64,000 nt of DNA from NCBI RefSeq assembly GCF_009914755.1, contig NC_060933.1, one strand, 5' to 3'. Shown piece by piece: positions 57,303 through 64,000 of the stretch. The DNA comes from the human T2T-CHM13v2.0 reference genome, Homo sapiens. The notes below the pieces were generated by a model, which worked only from the letters and a program-made list of their open reading frames with translations, was not told where the DNA came from and did not search any database. Made by a program: the position numbers and the translations under genes. Each line of letters starts with the position of its first letter. Position 1 is the stretch's first letter.

Positions 57303-57827
57303 AATACGGGCAATTTTCTTCAGAAACTATGAAAACTTGGAGACAATGGAGCAATCATAAATAATTAAATAATAAAAAACAGCTTTATCTACATTTTTAT
57401 AACAAGTAGAAAATTTTAAGCACTAAAGTAAAATAGGGCTCGTTTATTTTTAGAAAATTAAAAATAGGTTTGGAACTAGGGTAAAGTAAATGACACAACT
57501 AGGTCCCAAAACCTAAAAAGCTACTCACTTTCAGAGTTATATATTTGAGATTGAGAGTGCAAGACTTGTGCCTTGTGTGACCCGAGAGAGTTCCTCATTA
57601 AGTTTTTCACCATAGGTAATTTGCTCATCTCAACGTTGTCTCAGCACTGAACAAAATCTAAAGAATTTCATTGTCAGCCACCCTCCATTGTCATTTATAA
57701 GAAAGAGTCCTAAGGCAGAAGTAAAATTTTATGAGAAGTATATGTGTGTCTGCAGAAAAAAACTGGCAATGTATTATACTGCATATCAAGTGATATACTG
57801 TTATTTGAAAGTAGGCTGTGATGAGTT

Positions 57828-57914
57828 AAGTATTTATATTTTAAAACTTAAAGTAGAAGTATTTATATTTTAAACCTTAAAACAGAAGTATTTATATTTT
57901 AAACCTTAAAGCAG
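57828..57914. repeat. 29-bp x3 tandem repeat
   Basis: AAGTATTTATATTTTAAA(A/C)CTTAAA(G/A)(T/C)AG at 57828, 57857 and 57886. Confidence 0.92.
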
Positions 57915-58585
57915 AACCTAAAAAAAAGTACATTAGTAAACCAATAGTAGAAATAACATAAAATAATGAAGTACATATTTAACTAATCTACAAAATGTAA
58001 AAAAAGGATAAAAAATTGAACAAGGAGCATATAAGATAAATAGAAAACATAGCAAGAAGGTATATTTAAACCTAAGCTTATTCATAATCACATTACATTA
58101 CATGTAAATCATTCATACACATCAATGAAAAATCAGAAATCTAATTCTGTCTACTAAAATTCTACTGTAAATATAAACACATAGATATCTGTGTGTGTAG
58201 TACAAACAAAAATTTATAGAAAACTAGAGTTACTATATTAATGTCAAACTAAATATATTTCAGAACGAAATATATGACCAGTGATAGAAAATATACTCAC
58301 TGATTATAAAGGGGTCAATTTATTAAGATAACTAAACAATATTAACACAAAGAAACTATACAAGTTAAGGTGATGAATATCAGAATCCTGATTTGATAAT
58401 TGTATGTCATATGCTTGTATGCATATGTATCCCATACATATGTGCAACTATTATGTATCCATAATAATTAAAAATTTTTTAGAAATAAAGAATTAGATAA
58501 ATGTAATAGTGCCATGTGTTTATGTTAGAAAAGAAAAAAGAATCTAATCAGTTCCTAAAGCAAATTAAACCCAAACAAAACAGAA

Positions 58586-59033
58586 TGCTGTTGTCTGAAT
58601 GTTTGTGTCTCCTCGAATTTCCTATGTAGAAATCCTAACTCCCAAACTTATGTTATTAGGAGATGGGGTCTTTTGGGAGGGGCTTAGGTCATGAAAGTAG
58701 AGATCTGGGGCTCTTTTATAAGGGTACTAAATTAGTACTACATTAAGGATAGTAAATGAGTAGTTTTCTTACATAAGAGACCCCAGAGAGCTACCTTGCT
58801 CTTTCCATTATGTGAAGATGCAGAGAGAAGGAACCATCTATGAACCAGGAAATGGGCCCTCATCAGACATCAAATCTTTGAGAGCCTTGATTTCAGACCT
58901 CTCAGCCTCCAGATCTATGAGAAGTAAATTTATAAGTTATAAGTTTATATTATTATAAATTATAAAATTATGTTGTTTATAAGCCACAACAAAAAGGTAT
59001 TTTTCTATTGCAGTCAAAATGTACTAAGGTACA
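58586..59033 (+). mobile_element. MLT1A0-like solo LTR
   Basis: GTCTGAATGTTTGTGTCTCC...CCATCTATGAACCAGGAAATGGGCCCTCATCAGACATCAAATCT. Confidence 0.8.
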
Positions 59034-61719
59034 AAGAAATAATAAAATACATATAAGAACAAAAATCAATAAAAATTGAAAGAACACCAAAATGGAATAT
59101 CAATAAAATAAAAAGCTCATTTATTAAAAAATGAAAAAATTCTAGCTATACTCAACAAAAAAGAGAAAAAATACTAAATACTAAAGCCAGTAATGAAAGA
59201 CTGTCACTAATTATACTACAGGTTATAAAATGATAGTAAGCACACAATGTTTAAACTTTATGCAAATACATTTTAAAAGTTTGGTAAACGGACACATTAC
59301 TTGAGAGAAAAGAGGTTACAAAATTCACTTAAAAATAAAGAGACACCATGAATAATCCTGCATCTATTAAATACATTAAATCTATAATTTGAAACTCACA
59401 TACAAAATAATTCCAGGTCAGGAAGGTTTCACTCTTGTATTCTCACAATCTTTAAAGAATAAATAGTAACAATTCTATGCAAAGTCTTTCAGAAATAAAA
59501 GAGGAAGCAACCCTAACAGTACATTATATGAGGTACAGATTACCCTTAAAGGAAAAAAATAGGTAGAGATTAACAGAAAACTACAGATCTACATTTTGAT
59601 TTAAAAAATTTGTATAGGATTATTTTATTAAAAGTAGAAAAGCATTTGATGACATTTCACACATATTCATAATAAAGACTTACAGAAAAGTAGGCAAGAG
59701 AAACAAATTATTTCAAAAGTAATAAACATATATAAAAATAGTTAATATAGTGAAATACCAAATGGTTCCTCCTACTATAAGAAAGAATGCAAAAATATCC
59801 ACTATGAACCATTCTGTTTGATACTTAGAAAACTGCAATACAGTGCTGAGAGACATTAAGGCAGACCTAAATAAATGGAGAGATAAACCAAGTTCAATAA
59901 TTTGAATGCTTTAGAGTGTTAAGAAGGTAGTTCTACTAAATTGATTTCTAGATTAATTGCAATATCAGTCCAAATCTCAGTAGGCTTTTTATATAAATAA
60001 CAAATATTTTTTCAAAATTACTATGTAATGTTATAAAATATTATAAATTAATATTGAAAATATTTTACATGAAAGTTCAAATTTCTGGACCCTTTTAAGA
60101 TAAGAGGATGGCAGTGTTTCTATGGTATAAACACTAAGTATATAAAAACTGAAGACTTCTATTAATATCAGACAAAATGGGCCACAAATCAAGAAATATT
60201 TTTAGCAGGATAAAGATCAATATAATTGGTCCAATTCATCAAGAGAACCTGATAATGCAAAATGTTTTTTCACACATTAACAAACAATTATGCATTTAAA
60301 ATATTCAAGACAAAAACTTACAGAATTGAGAAGAAAAATATACAAATCCACAATATATTTAAAGATTTGAAAACTATTTTCTGATATTATTAAACAAGTA
60401 AATAAAAAATTTTAAAGAAAATATCTACAAATTCAATGACATTATAACCTAACAAGTTCTAGGATGCATGGAATATTATATTCATCACCAGCAAAAACTT
60501 ATTTTATTTTCCAAGTGCACTGACATTCATCACATGTTAGGTAACAAATAATAAAGTTTCAACAAATTTAACAGGATTAGATCATGGAGAGTATGTTCTC
60601 TGACCCAATAGAATTAAATTTAAAATAAAAAACAAAACCAAAACTACAATGAAATCCCCAAATATTTAGATATAATAAACTTCTAATGATGCCTTGTAGC
60701 AAATAGTAAATCAAAAGATAAATTAGAAAGTATTTTGGTCTGGATAAAAATAAAAACACTACAACTTCAGGATTCCTTTGGAGAAATACGAAGTTTTTAA
60801 TGTTTGTATTAGAAAAAGGAGAAATGTCTAAAATTAATGACACAAATGTCTACCTGAAAAAGTGAAAAGAAAACCAAATTAAACAAGAAGTAGAAAGTAA
60901 AATATAGAGAAAAACTAAAATTTTATAAAGACATAACAGAAATACAAAAGGAAAAGATGAAATTTAAAACGGATTCTTTGATAAAAAAAAATAAACTGAA
61001 TTAAATTCTAGATAGTCTGAGAAAGATACAAAGACAGAAATCTGTCAGCAAGCACTTTCAGGAAATAAAGTGGGCAAGGTTGGGAAGATGGTGGGTGTTG
61101 TAAAGATACTACAAATATCTAAATGATAATAACTTAAATTATAAAAACTTTATGCCAATAAATTTGATAATGGTTGAATAAATTGTATGGTTAGCAAAAT
61201 AATCTTTACAATTACTCTAGAATAAATAAAATTTCTTCATATCTTTAGATTTATTAAAGATACTGAATTTTAATTTAATACCTTCTTAGGGGAAACAAAT
61301 TCCAGACTCAGGTGCCTTCACTGTTAAATTTCATTCTTTTTAAATAGGTAAATGTTACAGTGATTATTACTCAAGTGTATATCCTGAGAATTTTTACAAT
61401 AATTTGTTACATAGATTAACTTTTTTTTCTTCAAAATACAACTAATTTACTGATTATACTTTTTGGGTCTTCTATTAACATTATTAGCAAAATTTAGAAA
61501 ATTTATTCATTTATATACAAAATTAATAGATACATTAAATACCCTGTGCCACCCAATGCCCAATTCACTGAGAGCATTTTACTGGATAAACAAAAAATTT
61601 TGACCCTTGATTACCTTATTGTTGGAGGTAACAAACCATAGAAGATAGACCATAGTCAATGTAAAAATAAATAAGTGGTTTTGACAATGGACAATAAGCA
61701 AAAATACCTGTTCACTTGT

Positions 61720-62096
61720 TGTATTGGTCCGTTCTCACACTGCTATAAAGAGCTGCTAGATGCTGGTTAATATATAAAGGAAAGAGGCTTAATTGACTCA
61801 GAATTCTGCAGGTCTGGGGAAGCCTCAGAAAACTTACAATCATGCCAGAAGGGGAAGCAAACCATGTCCTTCTGCACATTGTGGCAGGAAGGAAAAGTGC
61901 AGAGTGAAGGGGGTAAAAGCTTTTTATAAAACCACCAAATCTCATGAGAACTCACTCACTATCACGAGAACAACATGGGAGAACCACCCCATGATCTAAT
62001 CACCTCCCGGAGATCCCTCCCCCAACACATGGGGATTATAAATCTGATTATAATTCAAGATGAGATTTTGTGTGGGAATGGAGCCAAATTATATCA
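61720..62096 (-). mobile_element. THE1C/D-like solo LTR
   Basis: TGTATTGGTCCGTTCTCACACTGCTATAAAGA...GAGCCAAATTATATCA. Confidence 0.9.
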
Positions 62097-62362
62097 CTAG
62101 AAAAGATAATATATATAATACATAAGTAAATTTTATAGTATACTAGCAGATGGTTAATTCTACTAACAAATACAGAAAGGTAAAGGATGAAAGGGATCTC
62201 TTGCTTAAGAAAGGGATACACATTTATATGTGTTGATTTTAAGGAATCAACAAGGAATGATTAGCAAGACTTGAAGAGAAAGGAGAAGCCATGTGAGTCT
62301 CTGGGGTGGAATGTTACAGGCAAAGATAAAAGCCAGGAAAAAGCAGACACTTCCTATATTCC

Positions 62363-62710
62363 TGTATTCATCCATTTTTATGCTACTGATAAAGATATAC
62401 CCCAGCCTGGGAAATTTACAAAAGAAAGAGGTTTAATGGACTTATGTTTCCACATGGCTGGGAAAACCTCACAATCATGGCAGATGGCCAGGAAGAGCAA
62501 GTCACATCTTACATGGATGGCGGCAGGCAAAGAGAGAGCTTGTTCAGAAAAACTCCCTCTTCTTTAACCATAAGATCTTGTGGGACTTATTCACTATCAT
62601 GAGGATGGGATGGCCTGCCACCATGATTCAATTATCTCCCACCTGGTCCCTCCCACAACACATGGGAATTCAAGATGAGATGTGGGTGGGGACAAAGCCA
62701 TACCATATCA
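62363..62710 (-). mobile_element. THE1A-like solo LTR
   Basis: TGTATTCATCCATTTTTATGCTACTGATAAAGATATACC...GCCATACCATATCA. Confidence 0.9.
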
Positions 62711-64000
62711 CCATCTCTGTGCAAATGCTCTCTCTCTTCTATTTACCTCTGCAATTCTAGCTAAATTTTCCTTTCTAAGCCCCAATCTTCAATTTCTCAA
62801 TATACAGGGAGAGTTATCCTTTCTTTGGATTATCCTTTCACTGTGTCTTCTGGAAACTGAGAGAAAGCTTGGGATAAGTCAGATTTTATTTTTTCTTTTG
62901 TCAGGGATCAGCATCCTCAGCTTCTTGTCAATGGTTAAAAAATCACTGTTGATTATATTTTGTCTGCAGTTAGTTTTTATTTGTGTGTGTGTGTTTTTGT
63001 TTTTTGTTTGTTTGTTTTGTAAAGAATTTAGTTTAGTTCCTCTTACTGTATCATGGTGAAGTACAGCTATCTTCAACCTATTTTTTCTGACCAATCTTTG
63101 TCTTTATATTGATTTAACATTACTTTTTAAATTTAGTCTTAAAATTCTTACTTTAAATAGTAGTTTTAGACTACTTATATTTAATATTGTTATCTATATT
63201 TTGGCCTTAAATCTACTATCATAAAATTTATTTTCCATAAAATTTAATCTGTTCTTTATTACTATTTTCCACTTTTGATGCTTTATCTTGGATTAAGTGT
63301 TTAATTTTGAATTTTATTTTATTTCAATTAATAAGATTATTAGTCATATGTTTTTGCTTATTTTGTCCTGTTAGGTGCTCTAAGGTTTATACTATGTACC
63401 TTAACTTTCCAATAACATTAAAGTGACTGAATATTTTTGCCCTGATACCTAGAAAAAGACAAGCATGCTTGCTCTGATAAATTCTTTTGAAGCTTATACT
63501 ACACGTCTTAGCAATGCATTGAGAGAGGTAAGAATACATACAATTTAGAAAGAAAGATGTCTTTCTTCACAGATATTATTATATTCTGTGCAGAAAATAA
63601 AAAAGATATTTGCAAAAATGTTAGTAAAATTGTGTGTTTATCTAGATCACAGGATATAATAATAATATACAGAAATCCATTATATTTTGATAGATTTGCA
63701 ATGACCATTCATAATCTGAGATTTAAAAAAAAAAACAAGGAAAATAAGGGAGTGCTCAAATGCTAAGAAAGGCATGTTAAAAGAGCTGAGAAACTTGAAT
63801 AGTTCCTACTAGCAAAGTTAGCAAAACTGAATCAATAAAATAAGTAAAGGAACAGATCATGGGCCACTGAAAGAAATAGGAATCCATGGGTCCACGTGAG
63901 ATAAACCCATGAATTAATGAATGAATAAAAGAAGGAAACACTATTATTTTCCCACAGAGTGCCAACCAATAAAAGGAAAAGGGTTGATATTGTATGTTAA

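Larger units (their letters stand above)
56310..61330 (+). mobile_element. Ancient A-rich L1M fragments (ORF1/ORF2 remnants)
   Basis: Strong A skew and degenerate L1 motifs, e.g. AGAGTATGTTCTCTGACCCAATAGAATTAAATT and ACTTTATGCCAATAAATTTGATAA. Multiple pieces. Confidence 0.65.

Noticed and set aside
57470-57660. Possible MER91-like hAT element
   Set aside because: Similarity too weak; TIRs and TSD not confirmed.

Overview
Primate, almost certainly human, genomic DNA dominated by repeats: Alu, L1, MaLR/ERV LTRs, Tigger/MER2 DNA transposons, L2 and MIR. I find no intact protein-coding gene. Nearly all listed ORFs are chance frames in repeats or AT-rich DNA. Non-repeat landmarks are: (i) a CpG-island promoter at ~22.1-23.0 kb, whose overlapping ORFs I recall resembling the MGC21881/GLIDR/FLJ76381 lncRNA family of the chromosome 9 pericentromeric segmental duplications (from memory, unverified); (ii) a 7SL retrocopy at ~35 kb; (iii) a chimeric retrocopy at 40.58-41.14 kb that starts at the SNORA70 5' end, keeps the rest of the host intron and continues into spliced 3' RPL10 exons; (iv) an unidentified ~480-bp coding-like insert in an old L1 at 25.9-26.4 kb. 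The most informative signals are mechanistic fossils: a twin-primed L1PA2 with a 20-nt tag between two poly(A) tracts, an L1PA8/L1PA7 chimera, a 19-nt Alu with full TSDs, an AluY with AT>GC-biased substitutions, and truncated-repeat junctions bracketing the CpG island. Repeat subfamily names come from recalled consensus sequences. Boundaries without a stated TSD are approximate.
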